The notes under the pieces are model-generated. The model searched no databases and was not told the origin of the DNA. It saw nothing but the letters and a program-made list of their open reading frames with translations. Shown here in pieces: positions 41,204 through 55,600 of a stretch of DNA of 64,000 nucleotides (its first letter is position 1; each line of letters starts with the position of its first letter). This DNA is from Patellaria atrata CBS 101060 (taxonomy: Eukaryota): assembly GCA_010093705.1 (NCBI GenBank), contig MU006123.1, forward strand, positions 1-64,000, read 5' to 3'. A program made the position numbers and the translations under genes.

Positions 41204-41700
41204 TTAGGAACCCTTGCCACCGCGCTCGTCTTGCATACCGATTGCTGGCGCTGGAGCTTCCGGATTTTCCCTTTTCGCACGCTCTACCGAGTTTTGGTTA
41301 TCCTTTTGCTCAGTTGCCGTCCCGCCCGTCGATGCCGATTTAGCACTGGAGAGTTTAGAATTAGCCATGGGTCCCCAAATTGCATTTCCTATCGAGGGAC
41401 TGAAAAGGTGATGTTGCGGGAGCCGTATGAAATGGTGCTCCCGAGACGGCACTCTGGGAGGGCCTATACTTACTCTTGTCCTTTGCCGGCATTCTCGGCT
41501 TCAGGATCCAGTCTGTCCTTCTTATTCATTACATGGTCTTGCTCCAGCGTTTTCGAGTGCGTCGATGAGAAAGGTCTTGCGGCAAGATAAATTCTTGAGA
41601 GTAATGGCGATGATGAAAAGGTGGACCGCCTTAAAACCCGCGATGAAGTAGTGACAGTGCGGTAGAAAATAAGGAACTCGGAGGGAGAAGCGGAAGCCAT
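41204..41700 (-). CDS. Small fungal hypothetical protein (about 140 aa), probable mitochondrial presequence
   Basis: Exons 41700-41474 and 41399-41204 join in frame across gtaagt...ttcag; Ser/Arg-rich N-terminus; C-terminal PEAPAPAIGMQDERGGKG resembles a motif I recall from ascomycete hypothetical proteins. Confidence 0.75.
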
Positions 41701-42267
41701 GTTTGCTAGTATTGGTAATCCCTTGATGAAAGGGTTTCGAGGAGAAATGGTTCTTTCGAGAGATCGGTATTAAGGGTAAGGAGTGATTGAGGTTGGAGAT
41801 GTTGAGGTTAAGGTAATCAAAAGTAGAATAAAACGGCGGAGACGGGTCCTTATTATATGGGAGAGTACGAGTAAGGTAGTCAGGAAGTTGACGGGCCGAC
41901 GACAAACGTTGAAAGCGTAAATATGAGCTATAACCAATGACGACATAGGTAAGGTATGACTTAATAATATGTTCAAAACGTACTAGTACAACATTTATTG
42001 CCTTACCTTAAGGTACTCCGTATAATACCGTGAAACCGAAGTGAGGTAAGGTACCGATGATGGGAGGTGAAGTAGCACTGACTCCACATAAATACAACTT
42101 TGAGATAGAATACCTAGGCGCTGTGAGCCCCAAGAATTGCGGGGTTCTTGGCGCTCACGACTTAGGTAAGTCCCCAGAATTTCACTCAGATGCGACTTTG
42201 AATGATCACTTCAGAGATTGCGGCGATTGTCCCAGAGCCGTAACAAACATTGAGTGTATGCTGAGGT

Positions 42268-42719
42268 ATGGAGTCTCAAGAGAACGGAGGTGATGAATTT
42301 CCATGTAGGATGTACTTGGTTCCGATCGCTTCATTATCCCTACCCAGAAACTGATCCTGATCAGAACTCTCAACATCCCCTTCCCATCCGCCCGCCTCGC
42401 GACCGCCGCTCTACGCGCTCTGCGGGTAGATGCTGAGCTCTCACCTCTTGTATCCCGCGGTCTGTCTTCATCCAGTCCCGGTTCTTCGACCCTCCTCGTC
42501 CAGTATGCTGCCACTACTAACCGTATGCTGCGTGTTGCCGTGAATGGCTTTTTCGAATCCTTGAGAGTCATTATAGGTGTAATGGAGGAGCTGGACTTGG
42601 ATGTCGTGGATAAAGTGGTTAGCGAAGGGGTCGTAAAAGAGGGATTTGAATGGGCTGAGTGGGAAGAAGGGCTGAGAGGCGTTCAAGGGGTCGTCTCTAT
42701 GAAAAAGGGGAACAGTTAA
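42268..42719 (+). CDS. PCC1: EKC/KEOPS complex subunit Pcc1
   Basis: Exons 42268-42311 and 42365-42719; TLNIPFPSARLATAALRALRVDAELS...TNRMLRVAVNGFFESL is typical of Pcc1. Confidence 0.85.
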
Positions 42720-43046
42720 AAGGATGGAGTATGTGTTCAATCACAAAACAGCAACGAAACAAAAAGAAAAAGAGCTAAAAACTAGTATTGACAATTCTAC
42801 TGGAGGAGGCGATCGCAGTGCGGTGTAGTGGACCGAAGATCCTCCGATCCCAGCGAAGCAATCTGGCTACGACCGAGGGTTGCGCATTGTGATTCTTCTT
42901 TCCCGTTTGGGAATCTTCTCATCCCAGAAGGTATAATCTTTCACCTACTGTAACCCATCAAACTCGCTCAATTAGATGGCTGTCAAGGCATTCCTACTAG
43001 TGTGTCATCGGTAGAGGCATACTTTTCGTTTTATGCTCGTCTAATA

Positions 43047-44914
43047 CTAGTGATCCATGCTAAACCTAGCAAAAGGCACATCAACTTTTGTTTGCGTAGT
43101 TTTACTCTCTTCGTTCTCCGGATATCCTCTGGAAATGTGCAATCCCAGTCCACGCTCCGAGAATGCACCAAACCGCCCTGGTAGGAACACCACGTTCTTC
43201 TGCTCAATGTGATTGAGTTCAGTTGGGGAAATTCTGAAGGGTGAATCAATGCTACTAGGCACAACGCCAAAGTCCACTTTCATAGAACCAGAGTCCGTTC
43301 GCCTAGATTCGGAATCTGTTATATTGGTTTCCACGTCGGTCGTAGTCCCATGATCTGCTAGTGTAGTAAAGAACTGGATAATATCCCCAGTCGTTGTGAC
43401 GTTTTTAAGAGCTTGTATCTCATCCTCATACCAGCTCTCATCAGCAAAGGCCATGCCCGAAGATTCATTGAGGCTTTCTATGGCGTAGGATGATGAAGGA
43501 TCTAAAGACAAAAGACCTGCCTTTTTACCCCAGCCACCACCACCACCAAGTACTCGGTGTAGCCTAGCCCCCTGCCTTAGTAAATACCAGCAATAAGCAT
43601 CCGGATCTTCTTCTGTAGGCCCGGGACTGATTTTACCATTGACGTTCTGGGGTCCTCTTAAAGAAACCTGGGATTGGATAACTGACGGAACTATGAGAGC
43701 CCAGACGCTCAACTGTTGAGGCTGTAACCGCCTATCCCTGAAAAACCGCGCAACAGCCTCCTCAAGTTCTTTTGAGGCGGGCATAGGTTGAGCGTGACTA
43801 TCATTTTCAGCAAGCGTTCGGACAATATTTCCCATTCCTGTTCGGATGACCCTTGGGGCAGTCAAAGGAACTAAAGATGCCGCAAATGTGGGATTCCGGG
43901 ATAGCAAAAAAGGATATTGCACCGTTACGCTGGTGAGATCCCTTTCATGGGAACGGCGAATACCGGTTGATGGGTCTTTCGTCCATGTGGTTAGAAACAT
44001 AGCTGCTTCCTTTCCCGTTTGAAAAATTGTATTTGCAAGAGGGACTTGCACCTCATATAATATCGTGTTTGATCCATCGCTACGGTCTTTATCTCCTGGT
44101 TCAGACCTAGGATAAGTGCCTGCTTGTACCAAGAATCGGAAACTCACAGAGCTACATTGAGTCTGCGAAGATAGCCCCTTTTCTTTTTCGTCCTTTGAGC
44201 TAGATATCAACGAGTCTAACGGAAGAATAGAATATGCAACGCCCATGTAGCCTTGACTAACCGAAGAATGTAGTCTACATGTGGGCTCAGAATCTGAATG
44301 TGAGTCATTGAGTTTATCCGATGAAGGGCTAGCTGCTCCCGGTAAGCTATCAACTACTGCTGCAAGAACATGGAACGTTTGCTTGAGATGCACATCATCT
44401 ATAGCTGTAAGAGTCTTTTCAAACACCTCTTCTACGGCACTCTTGATAAAAGCATCGCGATCTAACAACAAAGTAGAAAATGTCGGAGTAAGTAGTAGGA
44501 TCAATAAAGGGTCCTGATATCCTTGATCCAAGGGAGAGTCAAGGCTTCGCAAATGAGATAGGATATCATTGGCGCCCTGGCGGAGTTAGGAAATACAATT
44601 CACCAATTGCCAAACTCGTACTCCATTATTTCATGACTAACCGTACTCTGTGGTGAACATGACAAAATCAATCCACTCAGGCATTCGAAGGTTCCTGCAC
44701 CGCTCGGAACTAAGGAACGGGTATGATACCAGTTAGATGTCGGAAACCGCGTTCCTCTGTGTACATTATTCCAAATGCGAGAGATATATCTCGGTTGTCG
44801 GATAGTAGAATAGGAAACGAGATTGTAAGGAAAACATCGTGGTCGAGATGATTGATGGATCCAGCGAAACAGGGGATGGGTGAGACTGCAATGTGTCAGA
44901 AGATGAAGCGGCAT
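43047..44914 (-). CDS. Conserved fungal hypothetical protein (about 600 aa)
   Basis: 501-aa ORF with HRVLGGGGGWGKKAGLLSLDP and PLANTIFQTG motifs; upstream exon 44914-44642 via intron 44641-44577 (gttagt...ctaac...cag). Start is tentative. Confidence 0.8.
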
Positions 44915-45540
44915 GGGAAAGCTATACACGTAGGACCATGAACCTGGTCGAGTTTGTACAAATATTAAAGAAAGTAGATTAACATAAGAGAAAGCAGTTG
45001 GTGTAGCAAATATTACAACCAAACCGGAATGAAGTGAGGTTCAAGTTACGGTGGTGTACGATACATCTTGTACGGTATTTATGCATATCTCGATACGGAA
45101 TAGCGTTCCCGCAAAGCAATCAAGCCTTCAACCTATCTAATCCCTTTTTGTTCGATGAACATCTGGCCAAATAATACGAGACCAAATTACTGTACAAACT
45201 ACCACCGTACGTCGAAGGTCCACTCCATTCTCTATCTTCGCTGTCAATTGTCCCTCGAACCTCGAATATACCACTTCGGCCGATAGAGCGTACCAGACCA
45301 TTCACTCGGTATGGTCATTCTTACAGTATCTCTTCATGCCCTTTTTGCTTCCCCTTAGCTATATCAAGATTTATCCAACGCTTCAACGCATTTTCTGAAC
45401 CCCGGATTGTCTCGGTGAAATCCTACTGTTTGCTCCTGGTTACCGACTCAAGTTGTCTTGAAGTTTGTCTACCTTACTTACCCCGTCCACGATAGTCTCG
45501 AATCTCTCGAGCGAGCAAAGACTCCATCGTTCATCTCATC

Positions 45541-46701
45541 ATGCCTCACCCACGTACATTGCGGAGGACTAATCCCATAACCATCGCGCTTGTTGCGATT
45601 CTTACTGTTGGCTTCCTCATATTCGTATTTTCCTCCGATGAAGATTCCTCACCAGCTCGGCTTCGTGACGCAGCTTCCAACGTCCTCTCCCCCCCTTCTC
45701 TACCATTCAAAAAGTCGAAATCGGAAAGCAAACAATCGCCGCCGCCAGTGGTGCACTACCACATGAATAAACTTACAACGTCGAGTGATCCTGTCGGAAA
45801 CCGCGAGACGGTCCTAATCCTTACACCTCTCGCTCGCTTTTATCAGGAGTACTGGGACAACCTTCTCAAGCTTACATATCCCCATGAGCTTATATCTCTC
45901 GGTTTCATAGTACCTAAAGGACGCGAAGGAAATGCTGCAACCGCGGCGTTACAAGCCCAGGTTTCAAAGACTCAATCGGGCCCTGAGAAGAAGCGGTTCG
46001 CTAGCGTTACCATATTGCGGCAAGATACAGAGTCACCCCTAGAGAATCAGTCTGAATCTGAGCGCCACAAGCTTGAGAACCAAAAAGTGAGACGTGCGGC
46101 GATGTCCAAGGCGCGAAATTCCTTACTTTTCACAACTATGGGCCCCACTACCTCCTGGGTCTTATGGCTCGATTCCGATATTATAGAGACGCCGCCAACA
46201 TTGATCCAAGATCTCGCGTCGCATGATAAGCCGATCATAGTCCCTAATTGTTTTCAAAGATATTACGATGAAGAAACGAAGAAAATGGATGTGCGACCTT
46301 ACGATTTCAATTCATGGATTGACAGTCAGGCAGCCCAGCAGTTAGCGTCGCAAATGGGTAACGATGATATTCTACTTGAAGGCTATCATGATATGCCAAC
46401 CTATCGGAGCCTCATGGCATATATGGTGGATAAAGGCTCGGATAACCCACACGCAGAGGTCCAACTCGACGGTGTCGGTGGAACGGCTCTCTTGGTGAAA
46501 GCCGAGGTGCATAGGGACGGTGCTATGTTTCCTCCATTTGCATTTTATCATTTAATCGAGACCGAAGGTTTCGCCAAGATGGCGAGTAGACTAGGTTGGA
46601 AGAGTTGGGGCCTACCGAACTATTTTGTAAGTTGCCATATTCAGCGATGATCCTCTCAAGTCATAGCTGACGAAACTTAGGTGTATCATTATAATGAATA
46701 G
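45541..46701 (+). CDS. MNN9: Golgi mannan polymerase subunit Mnn9 (Anp1 family glycosyltransferase)
   Basis: N-terminal TM helix; VLILTPLARF, WVLWLDSDI, LDGVGGTALLVKA, ETEGFAKMA; intron 46627-46680 then VYHYNE*. Confidence 0.93.
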
Positions 46702-47072
46702 ATTATTTCATCCTATGTAATGCCAACTAGATTTGGATAAGTGAATCCCATACATTGGCCGGCGTTTAACATCGTATTCGTTCAAAATACCACCGGGATA
46801 TGCCAGAATCAACAAGATCAGAAGTGGACGCATGGCGAGTCTTGTCTAGACAGCGCAGGAAGCCATTTTGGAAGATCCGTTAGCGATATGCAATTGAAGA
46901 GTACGTGTGCAAGATTGGCCCAAGCAAAGTGTCAACATTAATCCCCAAACTGCCGTACTTTCTATCATGGTTCTTGGACCGTCTAATCTATATATACTTA
47001 AGGTGGAAGCCACGCCACACAGTATACCATGCAATATACACTTTTTGAGACCCTTGTTCTTAGCTATTTCGC

Positions 47073-48268
<1,196 letters not shown>

Positions 48269-49066
48269 TGCGTTTTGGGATATGGACTTGGACTTGATTG
48301 GAAGCAGAAAAGATTTCTTAATCAGTAGCTGGGACTGACGACGGAGAAGACAGAGGTTCCAATCCTTCTGCTTCTGCACTTTTTAAGATACCTTTTAACC
48401 TTGCTAACTTTATCGATAGCCGTCTATTTTCAGTTCCAGTTTCTGCATTTACAAAAACATCCCACCAAAGAGTTACCCGCAATTCGACCGTCTTGGCGGA
48501 CTATCCCACATTAGGTTATTGTTGCTCTCCATAAACCTCATCATTCCTGTCGTTTCTATACAAGTCCGTTTGAGTTTTTATGAAAAATGCTGCATCTAGG
48601 AAGTTGATATATTAAAAAGATAAGAGCAACGCCTTCCTTTCCTTTAGACTGAGTCTCTATCCACGATTCCTCTAGAACCTCAATGCTTCCATTTTTGCTA
48701 CTTTTGTATCTTCCAAGTTGCAGTTCAATAACCAAGGTCTCCCCATATTTCTTTTTTCAACGGTGATTTGCTTCGAACTGGAGCTTAATCCTCTTTTGTA
48801 CTTGAAAGTAAAGGGAGAGGATGACCGTACTCTGGAAGAGGATTCGAGGCAGACACATTGACGTATCCTCATCTACGTATTATGGTTCATCCGCCTGGCT
48901 AGCAATTGCATCATCCGCATATAGAAAAGTCAGCAGCTCACTTAATACACAAGTAGGTATGATGTTGGGGAATTGATACGGTAAAGCCTAGGTGGCCACA
49001 TGATGTCTGATGTGTACCGGTACCTCTGTAGAACTATCGAGATCTGATGGCATGAAAAGCCCGCCG

Positions 49067-49074
49067 TGACGTCA
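49067..49074. promoter_or_regulatory. CRE-like palindrome TGACGTCA upstream of the CsbD-like gene
   Basis: gTGACGTCAc about 90 bp before TATAAAA (49157-49163) and about 200 bp before the ATG. Confidence 0.5.
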
Positions 49075-49268
49075 CATGCCAAGACAACCTTTCATACGAA
49101 ATTGCTTCCCATTCATGTGAACGAGGACCCGACCACCTTAAGACGCGGTATAGAACTATAAAATCCTCTCTCCCCCTACCAGCCACGTACACAGAACTTA
49201 CTACTACACCTCATCATTACCTTTCAAAAGGCAACTTCATCAAGATCTTTATCCACATAAGTCTGACA

Positions 49269-49847
49269 ATGTCTGACAAAAGCACCTCAACACTCCAAAG
49301 CGTCATTGACCAGGCCTCTGGTCTTGCACAACAAGCTCTTGGAGCCGTAACCGGCAGTGGTGCCGATAAGGTGTGTACAAACCCCTCAAAGATTATTCAC
49401 TCTCCTCTGATACGCGTGTAGAGACAAGGTGAAGACAAACGCGCTGAAGGAGAAGCCGAGGATGACCTCTCCCATGCAACTGCTAAAGCCGGACCCTTTA
49501 CTGCTACCACATCAGGAGTTACAAAGGACCACCCTGATCGCACCGAAGGTTCATGGAATCAAAGCGTCGGCTCCGGAAAGGAGGCAGTCGGTAACCTCTT
49601 AGGTGCTGAGGATCTCAAGCAGCAAGGTATTCGTCAGAATCAGGAGGGTAAAGAACAAGAAGCTGCTGGACAATTGGAAGACTTCGGTAGCGGTATCAAA
49701 GATCGTGCTGCCGGCACTGTAGGTGCCGGTGTTGCATCGATCACGGGTAATACTGAAGCCAGGGCCCAGTACGAGAAGCAGCACGATATTGGGAAGACAC
49801 AACAGAGAAGTGCGGAGGCGGATATCCAGAAACAAGAGTCTTATTAA
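49269..49847 (+). CDS. CsbD-like hydrophilic stress/conidial protein (about 175 aa)
   Basis: Absent from the ORF track; exons 49269-49370 and 49422-49847; DRTEGSWNQSVGSGKEAVGNLLGAEDLKQQGIRQNQEGKEQEAAGQL. Confidence 0.85.
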
Positions 49848-50397
49848 ATTCCTTGATAGGTTAGCTTCGAGATGAAAAATCTCACCATGGGCGGATGGCG
49901 GTCTGTTGGCGATTCCTCTCTGTAGCTGAGCAGCATTAGAAATGCTTAGCTTTATACCCAATAAATGATAAATTCATAATCCTATGATAACTCTCCGTCG
50001 TCCCTTTTTCACAAGTGTATATGTGTCGGGTGGCGAGAAATACCTGGTCAATTAGAGATACGAAGTTATGTACTCCGTACTGGTAGAGAACAGGTAGTAA
50101 TGACTACTATGTCGGAGAATGGTCGGAGGCTGTGTGTAGATTACCGTCTGAAATCCTATAAGAAATATCCTATAAGAAAGAGGTAATTCTAGCGACTCAT
50201 ATCGAAGCCCTGGTCACCCAACGTCGCTCACCTCAATCACCTCGTCGGTGCATCGAAATTTTTGGCGCTTTACAGTATTTATTGTTCACACACAAGCGAG
50301 GCCAAGACCGCAGTTCGACACCACTCCGCACCACCCACTTCGAAAATCTTGAAAATCCAACAGTTGCGAGCAGCACGATCAGGAAGTTGTCGCAGCA

Positions 50398-51564
50398 ATG
50401 GCTTTTGTAAGTAAACCCATCCTCAACCTACGCTGTATTGCAAACCCCCCTCAAAGCCTATTCTGGCTATTAGCGGGAATCTTTGAGGGTTTGGCATCAG
50501 CCTCGCCCTGTGATGAAGATTGGCTTTCAAGTCGATGCAATACACTCCTAGGGAATGGAGTTTGCTGACTTTTATTATCTGTGCAGACCAAGACGGTCAA
50601 GTCCAATGCCTACTTTTCGTAAGTGTTCTGCATTTGAGTATTCACTACTATCTACCTTCCTGTATTTTGCGACCGATGACTGAATTGGCTAACAATTGAA
50701 TACAGGCGATATCAAGTCAAGTACAAGCGCCGCAGGTCTGGTAAGACCGACTATTATGCCCGCAAGCGATTGATCACCCAGGCCAAGAATAAATACAATG
50801 CGCCCAAGTATCGCCTCGTCGTTCGCTTCACGAACCGCGATATCATTTGCCAAATCATCTCCTCCGAAATTTCGGGTGACAAGGTCTTCGTCGCGGCGTA
50901 CGCACACGAGCTCAAGCGCTATGGTATCGAACATGGCCTGACCAACTGGGCTGCTGCTTATGCGACCGGACTTCTCATCGCCCGCCGTGCCCTCAAGAAG
51001 CTTGATCTGGATGAGGACTTCGTCGGCGTCGAGGAGCCTGATGGCGAGTTCTCCTTGACGGAAGCCACCGAAGGTGATGAACCCCGCCGCCCTTTCAAGT
51101 GTTTCTTGGACGTCGGTCTCACCCGAACCTCAACTGGCGCTCGTGTCTTCGGTGCGCTGAAGGGCGCATCTGACGGTGGTCTCTATATTCCTCACTCTGA
51201 GAACCGTTATCCCGGCTTTGACATTGAAACGAAGGAACTTGACGCCGAGACTCTCCGAAAGTATATCTTTGGTGGTCACGTAGCTGAATACATGGAGACT
51301 CTCGCCGACGACGATGAGGAGCGCTACAAGTCTCAATTCCAAGGCTACATTGATGACGAGATCGAGGCCGATGGTCTGGAGGAACTCTATGCCGAAGCCC
51401 ACAAAGCAATCCGTGAGGATCCGTTCAAGAAGGATGACGACGAGGGTGAGAAGAAGTCAAAGGATGAGTGGAAGAAGGAGTCGCTCAAGTACAGGACCCC
51501 CAAACTTACCAAAGACGAGAAGGTTGAGAGGGTTAAGGCCAAGATTGCTGAGATCAAGGGTTAG
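50398..51564 (+). CDS. RPL5: 60S ribosomal protein L5 (uL18)
   Basis: Exons 50398-50406, 50587-50618, 50706-51564; [48 protein letters not shown]. Confidence 0.98.
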
Positions 51565-52666
51565 ACGAATGTGGACTATGGTTCTCGATAATGATGATAC
51601 GGGCGTTAACAAGGATCGATCGGTCGGGTAGCTGCAACAAAAGCAATTGATGGTAGCTACATCTGTGGTCAACAACATAAGCTTAAATGATATGTACTTC
51701 CCATATGCAAGTGAAATACCTGTTGTTTATGAGATCTTTGAGAGAGATATCGTCAGATTCTTAGTGCACTACGACAGCTTATATGCCTGGCGGGATCTAC
51801 CATGTGCCAAGTGAATAGGAGACAGCTGCATAGACGGCTCGGAAAGCCCTTAGAACTATAGCAAGCATCATAGAGCATTGCACTGTACATCAGAAAAGGT
51901 AAACGCTATGTAGCCTCCGCTATCAAATAGGTTCTAATTGGGGATACGTGCTTCTCGTAAGCTGACTATGTCTCTGAGATTTATACACCTTTAACCCTAC
52001 CTTAATTTTGCCAACTCTCTGTATTAAACAAGTGTATAATAAGAGTTAGGGGTATCTTATCGAGTTATAGTAGTGGAATGCTCGGAGAGTTTTAAGGTAT
52101 GATCTGTCTGTAACAAATGCACCTGTGCAGGGTCCAAGATCTAAGGGGTCCATGAGATGGTTGGAAATTTACGGGTAAGTCTAACCATTCCGGCCGAAGA
52201 GGGAGGGGGAAGTTATGACATACCTAGCCGTCACTTCGAATGATGATTAATAAGATACTTTACCACTACACTTCCCATCCTAAGGTTAGGTACAGGTGAG
52301 GTAAGTGTAAGGTAATCCTAGACTACCTACTAGAGAATGGATACCGTAGAATAGAAACAGGTCGAACTTGAACTATCGGATTAACAAATCCATCGCGCTA
52401 CATCTATAAAGGTATCATAAACTCCCGTAGTTCTCTCACATTGTTGTACTTGTACTTTACGTGTATATTATCAATCACTTCACCGGTCGCTTTGCCCCTC
52501 CGTCACCGGTTTAACCATCCTCACATCTACGGACGATTTATAAGTGGACGTCGCCCAATCTACTATCCACTATTCACTATCCGCTGTTTTCCAAATCCTC
52601 GAATGGCGCCTCTCGCATTTACAGTTATACACTAAGGCAATCCTTTCGAATCAAATTGTTTTGGAT

Positions 52667-55600
52667 ATGGAGGAAGTACACGGCATCGACGTATCATGGT
52701 TGCATCACTCGAATAAAGGTACGCTACATCTTATGACAGCCGTCCAAACGTATAATTCTGCGGATAAAGAACGAAAATGATTAAATAATGGGCCACTCGT
52801 CCGATCTGTTATTCTTGAATGCGAGAGTATCTTCATCTAACATATCAAATCTATGCTAGACCATCATCATCGATCTCATGCGCCGTCTTCACCAGGTCTC
52901 ACTCGCGATGTGCCTCCATCAACCTCCTCCCATGGCGGTATCCCGAACTATTTCACCTCGAATGATCATCTCAAGGATGCCGTTCGCGTATCGACCATCA
53001 CGAGTAATGGGGAAGGTAAAATAACTCAACCACCGAAATTGCGACGACCTGGACTGATGAGCCGGACAAGCTCAGACAAGATCAATGCTTCAAGTCCCGA
53101 AAACAAGAGAAGGACTTCTTGGATGTCAAGTATAAGTTCAAAATTCTCTTCGCAGGCTCAAGTTGTTTCACCCCCCAACGCGAATGCACCTTCTTCCAAG
53201 AACCCAACGAGCGATCTATCTAATGGGCCCAATAACACACATGACACTGGACATGAGAACGGAGCGATGAAGGATAATATAGACCCACCCTCAAGTCTGG
53301 GTAGAGCTAATGGCTTCTTCTCAAACGCATTGCGTAGATTGTCCTCGGGAACTTCTGTTCCCGGAGCTGGTAAAGCAGTCGTTAACGGCGGCATCTGCCC
53401 TCGGCGTGTTTTGAATATCGACCATGATCGCACGCGGTGTCTTCTTCCGGAGTTGGATCAGAACAAGCTGCGCAAAGTCGCATTTTGCGTTGATGTGGAA
53501 ATTGCGGGAGGCCCCAAGTATAAGGACGATCCAGACCCATTAGACCGGAAGAAAAAGTCCAAGGACAAGAAGATTAAAGAAAAGGAAGAAAGAGAAGCTT
53601 TGAAAAACCCAGATGCTATCGTCGAAGACGAAGAGCGAAATAACGTGGTTCAGACTGGAGGAGAGGACACTAGTTCAGAAAGCGTCCCTACTGTGGACGA
53701 AATGGTTGTGGACGACAAGAAGGAGATAAGTAGAAAGAAGGAAAAGAAGAAGAGATCGGAGGAGGAAAGAAAAGAGAGAAAGGAGAAGAAAAGACGGAAA
53801 GCTGAAGAGAATGGTACCATTCCCGTCGAACTGACAAGAGATGAAGCCAATGCGAGCACTTGTTGTCCAACTCGACTATCGAGTAACTTCTCACAGCGAA
53901 CCCAGGATAGGCCAACTACAGACCCCGTCAGAATTTACAGGAGATGTTGCCAATTAAGAGAAACCCCTATTCTAAAACGAATCAGTGACCAGCTGACAGC
54001 GCCGACAACCTGTGCTGTAACTGAACCTGGAATCGTAACTCATCTGGATCTGACAGGCTCGAGGATGACATTAGCGGACATTGTGACCTTTTCTGACTGG
54101 TTAGCGGTTGTTCCAGTCAAGAAATTGACTTTCGAGGACTCCGATCTCACGGATGAAGGAGTGAGGGTAATATTGGCAGGGCTACTTGCTGCAAAGGCAC
54201 ATAGCATCACGCCTCATACTTCTAACGCCACGACATCGGATAGTCATCGTGAAGAGAAACTTGGCGTGATTGAGAAATTAAGTTTAAAAAATAATCCAAG
54301 GATTACCAGTCATGGCTGGAGACATATCAGTCTGTTTCTCTACATGTGCAGGTCTATCAAAGCAATTGATGTTTCAATGATTCCATTTCAAGTCCCAAAA
54401 ACAACCTCCGACTCTGAGGGCAAAGGTGTAGAACTCGCAGAGATATTTTCCAAGGCCGTTGCAGAGCGACTTGCTGGTAACCGACTTGAGGAACTGATAA
54501 TGGGCGAATGCGCCTTGACGGCGCAAGACATCCGCAAGATAATCGATGGTGTTACAGTAAGCGGGCTTCAGCGCTTAGGACTCGCTGGCAATAATCTCGG
54601 TGTGGATGGACTTCAACATGTCATCAACTACGTCCGTTCTGGAGTATGTAAAGGACTCGACCTTGGTAGCAATGATCTTCGTAACGGTCTTTCACTCCTC
54701 GCGGAAGGACTTCACGCCTCATGCCCACTATGGGCTCTCAGCCTAGCAAACTGTAATTTGTCGCCAGACTCCCTAAAACCGTTGATGCCCGCACTAGCTC
54801 GTCTTCCTGACCTACGATTTATCGACCTTAGCCATAACAAAGAACTTTTTGATGTACAACCGAGTGCTTGTGGATTGTTGAGGAAGTTTATTCCGCAATT
54901 GAAAATGCTGAAAAGACTACACCTTGCGGACGTATCGATGTCGCCAGCGCAAGCCATTGCAATCGCCGAGGTTCTTCCTGAAACGCCTCATCTCGCTCAT
55001 CTTAGCATAATCGAGAATCCGCAATTGTCCGCGCTGGCTAATGTCTCTGACGAAGCTACTCAGGAAGAAGCATGTGCACTTTACGCTTCCCTAATGGCGG
55101 CAGTGCGGGTTTCTGAGTCTATTATCTGCATTGATGTCGATGTGCCTAGCCAGGAGAGCAGTGAAATAGTCAAAGCCCTGGCCAAGCAGGTGGTTGCATA
55201 CTGTCTCCGCAACCTTGAGCGCGTAACTACTGGCTCGGATGTCATGGACGAGAGTTTTACGGCTGCCGCGCGGGATGAATTACAAGCTGCGGAGCGCAAT
55301 GTTGGCGTGCAGGTGCCTGTAGCATTATTACATCTCGTGGGACATGTTGAAGGCTTCTCGGAAAGTCTTGACGACGATGAGCCTGCGCCTGGCAATGATT
55401 ACATTGTTGGTGGTACAGGCGTCGTCAAAGCTTTGAGCTATTGTCTGCTTGAGAAGGCGAAGGATAAGAGGCGCAATTACTCCACGTCCGGCACTTCAAC
55501 ACCCAAAAGTCCGATCTCAAGCGACGAGACAGAAGCAAAGGCGAAAAACATGAGCAAGAATCTCCTTGGAAGTGCTAGAAAGATAAGGCAAAGGCTCCAA

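Noticed and set aside
42120..42180. RNase MRP RNA (aagtcccc; ggggctca) and a hairpin gtgagc...gctcac
   Set aside because: The two conserved-looking motifs are on opposite strands; a lone hairpin is not enough.
50510..50570. Box C/D snoRNA in RPL5 intron 1 (gtgatga...ctga)
   Set aside because: The CTGA coincides with the branch site and there is no terminal stem or guide I can recognise.
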